From Nitrosopumilus sp. (lineage in GTDB: Archaea > Thermoproteota > Nitrososphaeria > Nitrososphaerales > Nitrosopumilaceae), in NCBI GenBank assembly GCA_965238275.1, contig OZ250186.1:1728001-1792000 (forward strand): a stretch of DNA of 64,000 bases, written 5' to 3'. A program made the position numbers and the translations under genes. The notes below the pieces were generated by a model. The model made no database searches, was not told the DNA's origin, and worked only from the letters and a program-made list of their open reading frames with translations. Within the stretch, counting starts at the first letter, position 1. Every line of letters starts with the position of its first letter. Below are positions 22,290-33,284 of this stretch, piece after piece.

Positions 22290-22812
22290 GACTTGGTAGG
22301 TATTTGATATGTTATAAATTTTGATAAAATGTAAAAAATAAATACCTACCAACCAACTGCCGCTGCGACACGCCGCAACAGCACGTTTTTTCTCAAGCCG
22401 TCTTGTTTCGTATCCCGTTTCCCGCCGTGTGGCTTTGCCAATGTCGTTGGTGCAGCAAGCAGTATCATGTCCACATTGGCCGCATCGGAATTGGACAGTG
22501 TATGCCATCGTGAAAAGATGATTCAAAGTCTCAAGAAGGTGAACTCTGTCGTGCTCACGGTACTTTGCGTCTGTCACAACCACAAGGCCGCATCTTGGAC
22601 TGAATGGTAAGCCCCATCGAGGTTGCCGGCATTCATAAGAGTATGACAACAAATGGGTTACGCTTATCCAGAGCGCCGCAGAGTGTGCATAAAATGTTGC
22701 AAAAAACTATCCTAAAAACAAGGATCCACCCCAATCCGATGTTTTATTGTGCGGGGCAGGCACGTTGACTGCAAAAGTTCCGACTTTTATATCGGATTGT
22801 GCATACCGCCAT

Positions 22813-23478
22813 ATGGGAGGATCCTATCTCTCCGAGTTCAGATTTACAATACAGGGTGAAAGGCGGTGCATACTGGGCCCGCCGGGGCATGACGGCAAGA
22901 CTGTTCTGGTGGGAGGGCACAAGGTTGTAAATCTCGGCAAATCGAGCCCGTGGCAGAAGGACAGCCGCGTGTTGTACAGTTATACAAAACCCGAACCGAT
23001 AAGGTTCTCGTTTACCAGATCCCGCAACGAGTGGGGCGTGATCGGTCCGAAGGGACACGAGGGCATGACGGTGATGGTAAGGAGAAGGCATGACGGGTCC
23101 ACCCGCGTAAAGCTTGGTGTTGTCTGGGAGATTAGGAGGAGCAGGGCGGTATACTCTATTGCCGAGAAGAGCAGCGAAGCTACAAAAAACCAGATCGGAT
23201 ACATCGAGTCCATGGCCTACCAGTTGGAGGCGTGCAGTCAGTTCACGCCGCCTGACACCATGTATATCCGCAAGGAGTACGCCCAGGCAGAACAGATGAA
23301 TCCGCAGGAGATAGCAGCCGGAACCAGGGCGCGGATCAGGCGCGGCATCATGTTCCATGAGGCCGGCGATCTCATAGAGGAACTGCAGTACTATGTCTCC
23401 ATGATACCTGGAACCGGCAAACGAAAAAAATCCGACTACAGGAGGCCCGTACCGGAACCCGAGACCACCAGGGATTAG
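22813..23478 (+). CDS. hypothetical protein
   Basis: Long ORF with internal repeat ILGPPGHDGKTVLV / VIGPKGHEGMTVMV. Confidence 0.6.
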   Translation: MGGSYLSEFRFTIQGERRCILGPPGHDGKTVLVGGHKVVNLGKSSPWQKDSRVLYSYTKPEPIRFSFTRSRNEWGVIGPKGHEGMTVMVRRRHDGSTRVKLGVVWEIRRSRAVYSIAEKSSEATKNQIGYIESMAYQLEACSQFTPPDTMYIRKEYAQAEQMNPQEIAAGTRARIRRGIMFHEAGDLIEELQYYVSMIPGTGKRKKSDYRRPVPEPETTRD

Positions 23479-23755
23479 ACGCGGCCGCCGTCATTGCGGG
23501 CGGCGCTCGTGAAGCTGTCCATCACTTGGCTTGTAAATAACTGGCATGTCATCCCGCACGTTTCACGCGTTTGCCTTGTTCTGCGGGATTTCAGCGGACG
23601 GCTTGATCCCCCGGCGTCTGCGGTCCCGCAAAATCGCGTGTCTGGCACGATCATCCTGCATGTGATCTTTTGTCATTTGGTCCAATACCAAAAACAAACT
23701 CGACTTCTTTTCTACCGGCATTATTTTGTTCCAAAAGCCTGCAGACAATCCCGGG

Positions 23756-25681
23756 TTACCGTTGTGAATGGCGTGATCGCGCGTACGCGTGGATCTTGAA
23801 TCCTACCAAGACAGGCGCCGCTACATACATTCCCAGGTTGAGCGCGATGACTGCCATGCCGAGTCCCAAAACCCCCGCCTCAGAGCTCTCGTCTGCGAGT
23901 GTCATAATGGACAGCGTGGCCAGCATTGGCGCGATGAATGCCCGGACTGCCTCGCGAAATATCGGGTTTTCCCGTTCTGCGTCTGCTATCACGGGTGAAA
24001 ACGAGTAGTATATCTGGTTGAATCCGGACATGAATGATGCCCCTGCCGCGGTGCTCATTACCGTGCCGTCGCGGATCTCCCTTAACATCTGGACTTGGGG
24101 CGCAAGCTCGCTGCCGTATGCGGCAGTCGCAATGAGGCATCCGCCACCATCATCCCCATCATCATCATCATCACCAGCATCTGGGATGCATATGCCATCT
24201 TGCATGACGGTGCCGGGATCACACTCCTGTTCGGCTTTGGTGTCCGGATCCGCCATCACGGGTACCAGGCCCAAATCCGAAACGTACGTTCCTATGCGCT
24301 CCCATCCGGCTGATCTTATTCCCCACACGGCGTAGCTGGCCTCAGCAGAGTCGCCTACATCATTTAGAACTATGTTGCCCAACGCACCTTGGTAATCTGA
24401 GACTGCCAGTGGAATCTGTCTTTTAATCTCCTCAAAACCTCCGTCCCCGGCTGCCTCTATTGCAAGGCCAAGCGTCCATATTGAGTCATAGGAGGCGTAC
24501 GTGTAGACGTTTGGGGTATCCACAATCCTCGAATCCGCAGACAGACGTGCGTTTAGCTGCTGGTATCTCTGGCTTGTCTGGTCTTCTGCAAATATGCACG
24601 CGGTAAAGTTGACATCCTGCATGAACTGGAATATCACCGGATCATCCACAAGGGAGTTGCTCAGTACGTTGGCATCGGATCCTATCCAATTTACGGTATG
24701 TAACACCGGATGGGCAGCGGCTCTCTGCATAAAGTCGGCAGTCTCAGCAGCCCCGACATACAGTACTGCCACCTTCTCACTGCCGTGGCTGTCCACGTAC
24801 ATTTGCACCTTCTCGCGCAGTTGCTCCGTCAGGGCATCAAAGGCAGCATCGTGACAGTTGTCCTCATCACACAATGGATAGCTTCCCAGATCATCCACCG
24901 TACCTCCAAGTTCCCCAAACTTTGCCACCGTACTATCATGCAGTCCGTTGCCAAACGGCCCGTCCCTCCAGACAGAGATCAGCACCGTCTTTCCATTATC
25001 CCACAACAGGTTGGAAATTACCGGTCCGTGAAGAGCGTCATCTGGAGCCATGCGGAACACGTTGTCCCCCTCAAATGCAAGTGATGGGGAAGTAGAGCAG
25101 CAGCTGACAATCAGCATGTCGTTGGCATCAGCATAGTCTTTTATCATGCTGACCCTGGAGCTTGCAGACGGTCCGGATATGAATTGGACGCCATCATCAT
25201 GAAGCGACTTTACCAAATCCAACGGGTCTGCCGAGGGTGCGGCAGTGTCCCTAACATCCAAGTCCAGCCTCCATGATGCGCCGCTTGCCTCAAGATACTT
25301 GTTAAAGTCTTCAATGGCAAGCTCTGTGGCGACCTGCCTGTGGATGCCTGCCCCGTCGGGCCTGCTCACGGGTACGAGTGCCCCTATGGTGATGATCTCT
25401 GCATCCTCTTCGTTTATCATCTCGGATGTGGCGTCGTGCTTGCCGTCGTCCGGATCACCTGCCACGTCGGGTTCCGTATTTTCGGCTGCATCAGCATATG
25501 GTACGGGATTATAGTAGGTATCAAGAGTGTCTCTTTGCAGTTCCTCCGGCGCGGCTCCCTCGTCGGGGTGCAGGTCAAAGATCATGGTGTCGACGTTTGT
25601 GCCCTGACTTGCAAAAGAGTAACCGGTACTGAGAAGAACGGCCACAGACAGCATGACAAAGAAAAGGGCGTTTAATTTCAT
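23756..25681 (-). CDS. LivJ-like ABC substrate-binding protein with CFI-box-CTERM
   Basis: Signal peptide; SCCSTSPSL...FRMAPDD; YDSIW; C-terminal GGCLIATAAYGSELAPQVQ.LRE.RD plus TM. Confidence 0.88.
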   Translation of the reverse strand: MKLNALFFVMLSVAVLLSTGYSFASQGTNVDTMIFDLHPDEGAAPEELQRDTLDTYYNPVPYADAAENTEPDVAGDPDDGKHDATSEMINEEDAEIITIGALVPVSRPDGAGIHRQVATELAIEDFNKYLEASGASWRLDLDVRDTAAPSADPLDLVKSLHDDGVQFISGPSASSRVSMIKDYADANDMLIVSCCSTSPSLAFEGDNVFRMAPDDALHGPVISNLLWDNGKTVLISVWRDGPFGNGLHDSTVAKFGELGGTVDDLGSYPLCDEDNCHDAAFDALTEQLREKVQMYVDSHGSEKVAVLYVGAAETADFMQRAAAHPVLHTVNWIGSDANVLSNSLVDDPVIFQFMQDVNFTACIFAEDQTSQRYQQLNARLSADSRIVDTPNVYTYASYDSIWTLGLAIEAAGDGGFEEIKRQIPLAVSDYQGALGNIVLNDVGDSAEASYAVWGIRSAGWERIGTYVSDLGLVPVMADPDTKAEQECDPGTVMQDGICIPDAGDDDDDGDDGGGCLIATAAYGSELAPQVQMLREIRDGTVMSTAAGASFMSGFNQIYYSFSPVIADAERENPIFREAVRAFIAPMLATLSIMTLADESSEAGVLGLGMAVIALNLGMYVAAPVLVGFKIHAYARSRHSQR

Positions 25682-25806
25682 AGGATTTCTTAAACAGTGT
25701 TAGAATAATAAGTTTTGAGGCACGGGGGATGGACGGGTGATCTGACAAAACAAGATGCGCACTAGACAAAGCCACGTTAAAACAGTACGAAGAGGTCTCA
25801 GTAAAC

Positions 25807-26055
25807 ATGAGCAGTGGAGCTAAGATGGACGGATTGGGACGCAAGGAAGAAGCGTTCAAGTTCTACTCACAAGCCACGAGTGTGGTCGAATCGATACTGG
25901 GATGTGATATCCCTGACAATGTTCGCGAGGTGTATGCCAACAGGCACGGCTTGTTGAGCGACAGGATTGAGACGTTGCGTACTGAATGCTCCAAAGGCTC
26001 TGTTAACTCCCATGTGTTACGGGCATCCAAACCTGTTGATGTCATGTGTTGGTAA
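25807..26055 (+). CDS. MIT-domain-like small protein
   Basis: GAKMDGLGRKEEAFKFYSQA...REVYA.R...RIETL resembles the MIT three-helix pattern. Confidence 0.45.
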   Translation: MSSGAKMDGLGRKEEAFKFYSQATSVVESILGCDIPDNVREVYANRHGLLSDRIETLRTECSKGSVNSHVLRASKPVDVMCW

Positions 26056-26305
26056 TTCGTCTGATCTGGTCCAGTTTGGATTAGTCCAGTGATTTTTTAA
26101 AGATTTGCGGACATGTCCGGTGTAAATCTGGGCATGTCCGTGCCTGATCCGGCCGCTCTGTTCCCCAGGCAGAACAACATCAGCGGTTCTGCATCCTTTA
26201 TGGGCTTGACATCTTCAGGCGAGAGATTCACGCCTCCAGAGGGTCGGTTTTGCTACAAAACGCATTACCAAAACATAAATTAAACTTTCAAAGAGTCATA
26301 CCCGT

Positions 26306-27043
26306 ATGCTTCCTGCACAGCAAGGTTATGACAGAGCCATTACGGTATTTTCCCCTGACGGGAGGCTCTACCAGGTAGAGTATGCAATAGAGACTGTGCG
26401 GAGGGGAGCCATCGCAATCGGCATAAAATGCAGCGAGGGAATAGTCATTGCAGTCGAGGAGAGGCCGCGGAAGCTCCAGATATCCAAGATAGCCCAGAAG
26501 ATATTCCAGATTGATGATCATGTAGGCGTGGCAGCTGCCGGGTACATTCCGGATGCGCGCAGCCAGGTGGACAATGCGCGGTTCTTCTCGCAGAGCAACA
26601 AGATGATCTACGACGAGCCAGTCGAGGTGGAGACCATAGTGAAACATCTGGCAGACCAGTCACAGCAGTACACCCAGTATGCCGGAGTGCGTCCGTTTGG
26701 AGTGGCGCTGATTCTTGGCGGGGTGGTGGCAGGCAAGCCGCAGCTGTTCCTGACTGATCCCAGCGGGACATACATATCGTACAATGCAATTGCCATAGGA
26801 TCAGGCTCGGACAGGGTGACTGACTTTTTGGAGGGTGCCTACGGCGAGGATCTGACCCTAGAGTCTGCATCCGTTCTGGCAGCCGCGGGAATATACCTCT
26901 CAAGCGAGGATCGGGAGGGGACTGACCACATCAGGATGGCACACGTCAGGGCCGACACCGGCCTTTACGGACTCGTACCTGACGAGGAGATTGTCAAGTA
27001 TGCGCAGCAGGCCAAGGAAAAGTATCCGCATGATAAGAACTGA
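26306..27043 (+). CDS. psmA: proteasome subunit alpha
   Basis: GYDRAITVFSPDGRLYQVEYA signature. Confidence 0.97.
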   Translation: MLPAQQGYDRAITVFSPDGRLYQVEYAIETVRRGAIAIGIKCSEGIVIAVEERPRKLQISKIAQKIFQIDDHVGVAAAGYIPDARSQVDNARFFSQSNKMIYDEPVEVETIVKHLADQSQQYTQYAGVRPFGVALILGGVVAGKPQLFLTDPSGTYISYNAIAIGSGSDRVTDFLEGAYGEDLTLESASVLAAAGIYLSSEDREGTDHIRMAHVRADTGLYGLVPDEEIVKYAQQAKEKYPHDKN

Positions 27044-27064
27044 CTGCGGAGATGCCGACGCGTA

Positions 27065-27880
27065 TTGAACCTGTCTGTCGCAATTCCAGAATCTGCACTC
27101 TCTGATGAGTCCCTCAAGATAGACAAGACGCGGAAGGTATCATTAATTGCAAGGGCGTGCGCCATATTCCGCGTCGGCACCATATACGTGTACAGGGACG
27201 GCGCGGACGGCGACGGGGCCCTTCTTGCAACCATACTCAGATACCTTGAGACGCCGCAGTTTCTTCGAAGAAGGATGTTTCCGATGGTGAATGATCTAAA
27301 GTTTGCCGGAGTACTCCAGCCGCTGAAGATACCAAGCCATGTCACCCCGGCAGACCCCAAAAAGATCCAGACAGGCGACATCAGGGAGGGGATAACGGTG
27401 GCTGCAAGGGGCAGAAGCTTTGTGGACGTGGGCATTAACCGCCTGATACCGCTGCAGGGAAGGATGCCCACGGGCAAAAGGACGACTGTCAGGTTCAAGG
27501 AGGGGTATCCGAGCCTGGTCGCAAAGGAGATTGGCAGGGACGAGACGGGCCAGTACTGGGGGTATTCTGTGCACAGGAGGGCCGGCCTGTACCAGCTGCT
27601 TGCAGAGTGGAAGGGCAGCATCATAATAACATCAAGGAGGGGCAAGACGGCTGCAGGCTCAAGCATTCCCACTACGGGAGGAGGGGAGGCGCCTGTCCTG
27701 GTGGTCTTTGGATCCCCCGAGAGGGGGGTGCACGAGATCCTGGGAGGCAGCATGAAGAGGGTGCAGAATGCGCGGGTGCTTGACTTTTTTCCCGGCCAGG
27801 CAACCCAGACGGTACGGCTCGAGGAGGCAATGCTAGGGGTGCTTGCCGTACTGAACATGCAGGGGAATGGCAATGCCTGA
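27065..27880 (+). CDS. SPOUT RNA methyltransferase (DUF171)
   Basis: LRYLETPQFLRR, YWGY, PGQATQTVRLEEA motifs. Confidence 0.9.
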   Translation: MNLSVAIPESALSDESLKIDKTRKVSLIARACAIFRVGTIYVYRDGADGDGALLATILRYLETPQFLRRRMFPMVNDLKFAGVLQPLKIPSHVTPADPKKIQTGDIREGITVAARGRSFVDVGINRLIPLQGRMPTGKRTTVRFKEGYPSLVAKEIGRDETGQYWGYSVHRRAGLYQLLAEWKGSIIITSRRGKTAAGSSIPTTGGGEAPVLVVFGSPERGVHEILGGSMKRVQNARVLDFFPGQATQTVRLEEAMLGVLAVLNMQGNGNA

Positions 27881-27989
27881 GCAGAAGACGTTTTTGCTTC
27901 TGGCACTGGGGATGGGGGCTGCAGGCATCATTATTGGCGCAGTCACCATTATGGATATCATTGCAGGAATCAACGCGACAGGCCCGTGA
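27873..27989 (+). CDS. 38-aa single-TM peptide
   Basis: Overlaps the previous stop; MPEQKTFLLLALGMGAAGIIIGAVTIMDIIAGINATGP. Confidence 0.45.
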   Translation: MPEQKTFLLLALGMGAAGIIIGAVTIMDIIAGINATGP

Positions 27990-28111
27990 ACAAAAACTAG
28001 ATCATCCCAAGGCATGCCTGCGTGGTGTGGGTTGCCGCAGTCAGTAACTTGTTCGGATTGGAATTGCGTGGCAACCCTGAGGTGGTGATTCCACGGACGG
28101 GATGCAAACGG

Positions 28112-29038
28112 CTATCCTGCAGCATCAAGCAGCGACTCGAAGACTGAGTACGGCTGAGCCCCTGCCACCTTCTCCTCCTCCTGCCCGTCAGACGAGATTA
28201 TCAGGAATGATGGGGTGGTGCTCACGCCATGTGCCTTTGCATCTGCAGTGTTGCTGAGCACCCGCTCCTGATACTTGCCAGAGTCCAGGCACTCGCCAAA
28301 GAGTTCCGTGTCAAGTCCAAGCTCGGAGGCAAACCCCTTGAGGTTCTCCACCGAGGCCCAGCCGCCATCATAATCGGCAGCCTGGGACGTGTACAGCTTG
28401 TCGTGGTACTGCCAGTACATCCCCTGGTCCTCTGCGCAGTACGACGCCTGGGCGGCGCTGCGGGAGTCGTCCCCGATGAATGCAATGTCGACAAAGACCA
28501 AGTTGGCCTTTCCTGTCTGGATATAGTTTTCGGATATGTCAGGCTTGGTGTTGGTGAACCATTTCTTGCAGTTGGGACACTGGTAGTCGCCAAACTCCAC
28601 TATCGTTACTCCGGCATCTGGGCTTCCCTGTACGGGGGATTCGGTCTCAGAAAATGCCTGAATGTGCACATTCCCCACTAGGGTGCCGTCGTCGTCCTGC
28701 TGCTGCTGCTGCTGCTGCACCCCGCCACCATCCCTCAGATTGGCGTTTTCTGCCTTCAGGGCCGCGTTCTCCTGCTGCAGGTCCTCGACTGTCTGCTCCA
28801 GCTCATTAATCCTGCTTGACTGATCAGTCTGGATGACCCCTGCGCCCACCAGAAACTCGATGGCGCCTATCAGGTCTGCATCGCTTACCTGCTCGTCTGT
28901 CCATGACTGGAACAATCCCTTTATCCATCCGGGTATTCCGGCATCTTGGGAGTATGCCATTCCGGCTGCGCCCCCAAGCGCCAAGACCCCTGCAAGTCCA
29001 AGGAGCAGTGCGCCCCTCCGAGTGCCGTACACATTCAT
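28112..29038 (-). CDS. DsbA/thioredoxin-like exported protein
   Basis: Signal peptide, IPGWIK module, FGDYQCPNC, GVSTTPSF, GAQPY. Confidence 0.9.
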   Translation of the reverse strand: MNVYGTRRGALLLGLAGVLALGGAAGMAYSQDAGIPGWIKGLFQSWTDEQVSDADLIGAIEFLVGAGVIQTDQSSRINELEQTVEDLQQENAALKAENANLRDGGGVQQQQQQQDDDGTLVGNVHIQAFSETESPVQGSPDAGVTIVEFGDYQCPNCKKWFTNTKPDISENYIQTGKANLVFVDIAFIGDDSRSAAQASYCAEDQGMYWQYHDKLYTSQAADYDGGWASVENLKGFASELGLDTELFGECLDSGKYQERVLSNTADAKAHGVSTTPSFLIISSDGQEEEKVAGAQPYSVFESLLDAAG

Positions 29039-29370
29039 CACAGGGTAATTGGCAGGCGTGTTTTTATGTTTGACTGATTGCCCAGCATCAGGCAGGCACG
29101 GGGGGATTGGATGCAAACGGCTGGTGGAGATAACTTCCGCACAATACTTCCGATGTTTTCATCGCGTATGCGTTTGCCGAGGCAGGATACGCAGGTATCG
29201 GGATTGACGTAGCAATCAGAAAAGGGATCATCCTGCAGGATATAATCGAGCCTTGAAGGAATGCAGGATCCGGATGCGGTTCTGGCAGAAGAGTGGGTTA
29301 ACCTTAAAAAATATTGCAGTTAACGATGTTCTGCGATGGTTTAATAGTAGGATGCCAAGTGCGCCATGTC

Positions 29371-30363
29371 ATGGGTGCAAGAAAGAACCACCAGCCCCGC
29401 AGGGGAAGCCTTGCGTATTCGCCGCGCGGGCGCGCAAAGAGCATGGAGGCCCGGATAAGGGCGTGGCCTGATGCAAACTCGGACAAGCCGCAGATTCTTG
29501 CACACTGCGGATTCAAGGCCGGATGCGTGCAGGTGGTAAGTATTGATGATCGTGAAAAGACCCCCAACGCTGGAAAGCAGCTTGTCAGTCTTGGAACAGT
29601 TTTGGTTACCCCCCCGGTGGCCATACTGGGAATAAGGGGATACTCCAATGGGCACGAGGGACGGCATGCAGAGTTTGACGTGTTTGCCAAGGACATCCCC
29701 AAGGAGCTGGACAAGAGCATGGAGAGGCGCACTGCAGGAAGCACCGCAGATGGCGCAGCAGCCAGGCTGGGAAGGATTCACGAGATATTTGCCATACTTG
29801 CAGTATCCCCAAGGGCCGCAGGCATGGAGCAGAAGAAGCCGTACATATTTGAGGCGCTTGTCAGCGGCGGCACCATACAGGAGCAGTTTGCGTACCTGCA
29901 GGAACTTTTAGGCAAGGAGATTAGGATTGACCAGGTATTTGAGACGGGCACCACCGTGGATGTTGCAGCCATCACCAAGGGCAAGGGATGGCAGGGCGTC
30001 ATACAGCGATGGGGGGCAAAGAAGAAGCAGCACAAGTCGCGCAAGACCGTAAGGGAGATTGGCTCGCTGGGGCCAATATCGCCGCAGAGCGTCATGTATA
30101 CTGTTCCCAGGGCAGGCCAGATGGGATTCCACCAGAGGACAGAATATGACAAGAGGATAATGATTATGGGAAACTCGGAGGATGATTCCATACGAATCAA
30201 CCCTGACGGGGGCTACAAGCACTTTGGCCTGGTAAGGGGCGACTTTGTCGTGCTAAAGGGGTCTGTTCCGGGGACGTACCGCAGGCTGATAAAGCTCAGG
30301 CGCCAGATCAGGAACGCTCCTGCCCGGACAAACAAGCCGCGCATTCTGGAGGTAGTGGTATGA
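29371..30363 (+). CDS. rpl3: 50S ribosomal protein L3
   Basis: MGARKNHQPRRGSLAYSPR; TKGKGWQGVIQRWG; RAGQMGFHQRTE. Confidence 0.97.
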   Translation: MGARKNHQPRRGSLAYSPRGRAKSMEARIRAWPDANSDKPQILAHCGFKAGCVQVVSIDDREKTPNAGKQLVSLGTVLVTPPVAILGIRGYSNGHEGRHAEFDVFAKDIPKELDKSMERRTAGSTADGAAARLGRIHEIFAILAVSPRAAGMEQKKPYIFEALVSGGTIQEQFAYLQELLGKEIRIDQVFETGTTVDVAAITKGKGWQGVIQRWGAKKKQHKSRKTVREIGSLGPISPQSVMYTVPRAGQMGFHQRTEYDKRIMIMGNSEDDSIRINPDGGYKHFGLVRGDFVVLKGSVPGTYRRLIKLRRQIRNAPARTNKPRILEVVV

Positions 30364-31172
30364 AGGGGACAGTACACAGGATTAACGGAGAAAAGGACAG
30401 GGAGATAGAACTTCCGCTAATCTTTGAGACGCCGTTCAGGCGCGAGCTCATACACAAGGCGTACGTGAACCTTGACTCCCACAGGTTCCAGCCCCAGGGG
30501 AGGCATCCCACTGCGGGAACGGACGTGGTGGCAGACACCAACGATCCGCCAACAGGGCGCGGCATCTCCCGTGTGGCAAGGGCCCGCGGAGGCGGAGGCG
30601 GAAGACAGGGCCAGGGCGCAGAGGTGGCATCCACCCGCGGAGGACGGCAGGCACACCCGCCAATAGTGGAGAGGGTGATATACAAGAGGCTCAACAAAAA
30701 GGAGAACAGGCTGGCACTGTGCTCGGCAATCGCAGTCACTGCATCCAGGGACATGGTAGAGTCACGCGGCCACAAGGTGGGCGGGGTAGTCTCGTTTCCG
30801 GTAATCGTATCTGACGAGGTGGAGGCAGTCTCCAAGGCATCCGAGGCAGTCAGGGTGCTTGAGGCGCTGAACCTGTATCCGGACGTACAGAGGCTGGAGG
30901 CGCGAAGGGCAAGATCCGGCAAGTCCTCCCTGAGGGGAAGGGTCAAGAAGGTGGGAAGGAGTGTGCTGTTTGTGGCAGCAGATGCATCAAACATTTCAAG
31001 GGCCGTAGGCGCCCTGCCGGGAGTGGAGGCAAGAAGCGTCGAGGACCTGAGCGTGCTTGATTTGGCGCCGGGCTCTGATCCGGGACGGCTCGTAGTGTAT
31101 TCTGAATCCGCAATTAATCGCATTGGAGGGATACAGTCAAGGCATCTTGAGGTAATGGTGAGAATGGCATGA
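30360..31172 (+). CDS. rpl4: 50S ribosomal protein L4
   Basis: TRGGRQAHPP, NKKE, LDLAPG.DPGRL. Confidence 0.97.
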   Translation: MKGTVHRINGEKDREIELPLIFETPFRRELIHKAYVNLDSHRFQPQGRHPTAGTDVVADTNDPPTGRGISRVARARGGGGGRQGQGAEVASTRGGRQAHPPIVERVIYKRLNKKENRLALCSAIAVTASRDMVESRGHKVGGVVSFPVIVSDEVEAVSKASEAVRVLEALNLYPDVQRLEARRARSGKSSLRGRVKKVGRSVLFVAADASNISRAVGALPGVEARSVEDLSVLDLAPGSDPGRLVVYSESAINRIGGIQSRHLEVMVRMA

Positions 31173-31435
31173 ACGTGGATCAGGCAGTCAGGATTATAAT
31201 AAAACCGCACATTACAGAAAAGACCTTCGAGATGGTCCAGCGCGACGGCAAGATATGCTTTATTGTCGAAAGGTCAGCGACCAAGCCGCAGATAGCAGAG
31301 GCCATAAACGTACTGTACAAGCAGAACGTGTTGGATGTAAACACTGCAAGGACCATATACGGAAAGAAGGCCTTTGTAAAGTTTGAAAATATTGAAAAGG
31401 CGACGCACCTTGCCACGGACATAGGAATGCTATAA
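31169..31435 (+). CDS. rpl23: 50S ribosomal protein L23
   Basis: PHITEK...VNT...KKAFVK. Confidence 0.95.
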   Translation: MNVDQAVRIIIKPHITEKTFEMVQRDGKICFIVERSATKPQIAEAINVLYKQNVLDVNTARTIYGKKAFVKFENIEKATHLATDIGML

Positions 31436-31473
31436 TATGGAACGCAAAGATCGTAGGATTGGAGGTATTTGAG

Positions 31474-31869
31474 ATGGTAAAGGAGTTCTTGTACAGGGGT
31501 ATCCCCAAGGAGGAACTCGAAAAGGTCCCACTGGACAGGCTCTTCCAGCTGTTCAATGCCAGGCAGAGAAGATCCCTTACCAGGGGCATTACAGACGGCA
31601 AGCGAAAGCTGATAGGCGAGATAAAGGCCGCAAGGGCAGGCACCCTGAAGGGCCCAATCAAGACACACCTGCGGGATCTCATAGTGCTGCCAGGCATGGT
31701 GGATGTTACAGTAAACGTATTTTCAGGAAAGGAGTTTGTCCCGGTACTGATAAAAACCGAGATGATAGGACACTATCTCGGGGAGTACGTGATAACCAAC
31801 AAGAAGGTATCCCATGGGGCCCCCGGAGTGGGCGCCTCAAGATCAAGCCTCTACGTCCCGTTGAAGTGA
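31474..31869 (+). CDS. rps19: 30S ribosomal protein S19
   Basis: KTHLRD...MIGHYLGEY...HGAPGVGASRSS. Confidence 0.97.
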   Translation: MVKEFLYRGIPKEELEKVPLDRLFQLFNARQRRSLTRGITDGKRKLIGEIKAARAGTLKGPIKTHLRDLIVLPGMVDVTVNVFSGKEFVPVLIKTEMIGHYLGEYVITNKKVSHGAPGVGASRSSLYVPLK

Positions 31870-31874
31870 TTGTG

Positions 31875-32333
31875 ATGGGAAGGTTCGAATATGCGTTTCA
31901 GGGTTACGATCCTACAAGGCATGTCCGCGCCTCCATAAGGGAGAGGCCCATATCGCACAAGCATGCCCGTGAGATTGCAGTGGCCCTGAAGGGGATGACT
32001 GTGGATTCTGCACGGGACTATCTGCATGACGTGAAGAACCACAAGAGGGCAGTCGCGTTTGGAAGATTCAAGAACCAGGTGGGCCACAGGTCGGATCCGG
32101 GGATGATGTCCGGACGGTATCCTGAAAAGGCGGCAGGCGAGATCCTTCTGCTGCTTGACAATTTGGAGGCAAACGCCGAGTACAGGGGGATGGACCTTGA
32201 CAGGCTCAAGATAATAAACGCAACTGCCCACAAGGGCGTAACCGTAAAGAGGTTCATACAAAGGGCCATGGGACGGGCAACGCCAAAAAACAACGTAATG
32301 ACCCACGTGGAACTGGTGGCGCAGGAGGTATAG
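31875..32333 (+). CDS. rpl22: 50S ribosomal protein L22
   Basis: ISHKHAREI...GRYPEKAA...RAMGRA. Confidence 0.96.
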   Translation: MGRFEYAFQGYDPTRHVRASIRERPISHKHAREIAVALKGMTVDSARDYLHDVKNHKRAVAFGRFKNQVGHRSDPGMMSGRYPEKAAGEILLLLDNLEANAEYRGMDLDRLKIINATAHKGVTVKRFIQRAMGRATPKNNVMTHVELVAQEV

Positions 32334-32337
32334 GGGG

Positions 32338-33087
32338 ATGTCGGCAATCAAGAATGTGATACGGGACAACTACAACATGATGCTGCTCCGGGGGTATCTC
32401 AGGGATGCAATCAAGGATGCAGGATTCTCGCATGCGGAGATATCAAAGACCCCCATGGGAACCCGCGTCACGCTGCATGTGACAAGGCCTGGAATAGTCA
32501 TAGGCAGAAAGGGATCCGGAATCAGGGATCTTACAGAGAAGCTTGGAAAGGACTTTGGGCTGAAGAATCCGCAGATATCGGTAATCGAGATTGAAAAGCC
32601 GGAACTCTCCCCTAGCGTGATGTGCAACAGGATGGCCTCGCACCTTGAGCGCGGGACCGCATTCAGGAGGGCCACCATGTGGACACTCAAGCAGATAATG
32701 GAGAGCGGCGCGATGGGCGTGCAGATAACCATATCCGGAAAGCTCCGCGGGGACCGCTCCGCATTTGAAAAGCACACTGCAGGCGTCCTGCCAAGGGCCG
32801 GCCACCACGCAGAGGTCATAGTCGACGAGGACATAGCACATGTGGGCACGGCAATGGGGCTTATCGGCATCAGGATAAGGATAGCCCGAAAGGAGAAGCT
32901 GATACCGGAGTTTGAGATGAGACCGGACAGGGACGCAAAGCAGGTCATGGACAAGGACACCGGAAAGATGCGTGATGAGACGGCGGCAGAAAAGAAGGCA
33001 AGGACCGAATCAGAGCAGATTGCGCTGGAGGCAGAAAAGAAGAAGGAGACCGAGACGCACGAGGAAGAGGAGGCAAAGCTAAAGTGA
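32338..33087 (+). CDS. rps3: 30S ribosomal protein S3
   Basis: KH motif [10 protein letters not shown]; SGKLRG. Confidence 0.97.
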   Translation: MSAIKNVIRDNYNMMLLRGYLRDAIKDAGFSHAEISKTPMGTRVTLHVTRPGIVIGRKGSGIRDLTEKLGKDFGLKNPQISVIEIEKPELSPSVMCNRMASHLERGTAFRRATMWTLKQIMESGAMGVQITISGKLRGDRSAFEKHTAGVLPRAGHHAEVIVDEDIAHVGTAMGLIGIRIRIARKEKLIPEFEMRPDRDAKQVMDKDTGKMRDETAAEKKARTESEQIALEAEKKKETETHEEEEAKLK

Positions 33088-33284
33088 CCAGAATCAGCAT
33101 GAAGACCGTACGACAGCTAAACGAAAAGGATCTCAATTCCAAGATTCAGGAGGCCCGGGGGGAGCTTGCAAAGCTCAGGACAGAGTCTGCAAAGGGCACA
33201 TTGAGAAAGAAGAGCGGAAAGATAAAGCCCATGAGGAGGGACATTGCAAGGATGCTGACACAAAAGAACGGGATGAAGCAATGA
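33084..33284 (+). CDS. rpl29: 50S ribosomal protein L29
   Basis: RRDIARMLT; operon position. Confidence 0.93.
   Translation: MTRISMKTVRQLNEKDLNSKIQEARGELAKLRTESAKGTLRKKSGKIKPMRRDIARMLTQKNGMKQ

Noticed and set aside
22290-22652. Cys-rich N-terminal extension of Fic
   Set aside because: An AT-rich promoter-like stretch lies just before ATG 22289; the upstream part may be an IS remnant but cannot be assigned.
31435-31474. Missing rpl2 between rpl23 and rps19
   Set aside because: As I recall, rpl2 is encoded elsewhere in this lineage; no remnant or scar is visible.
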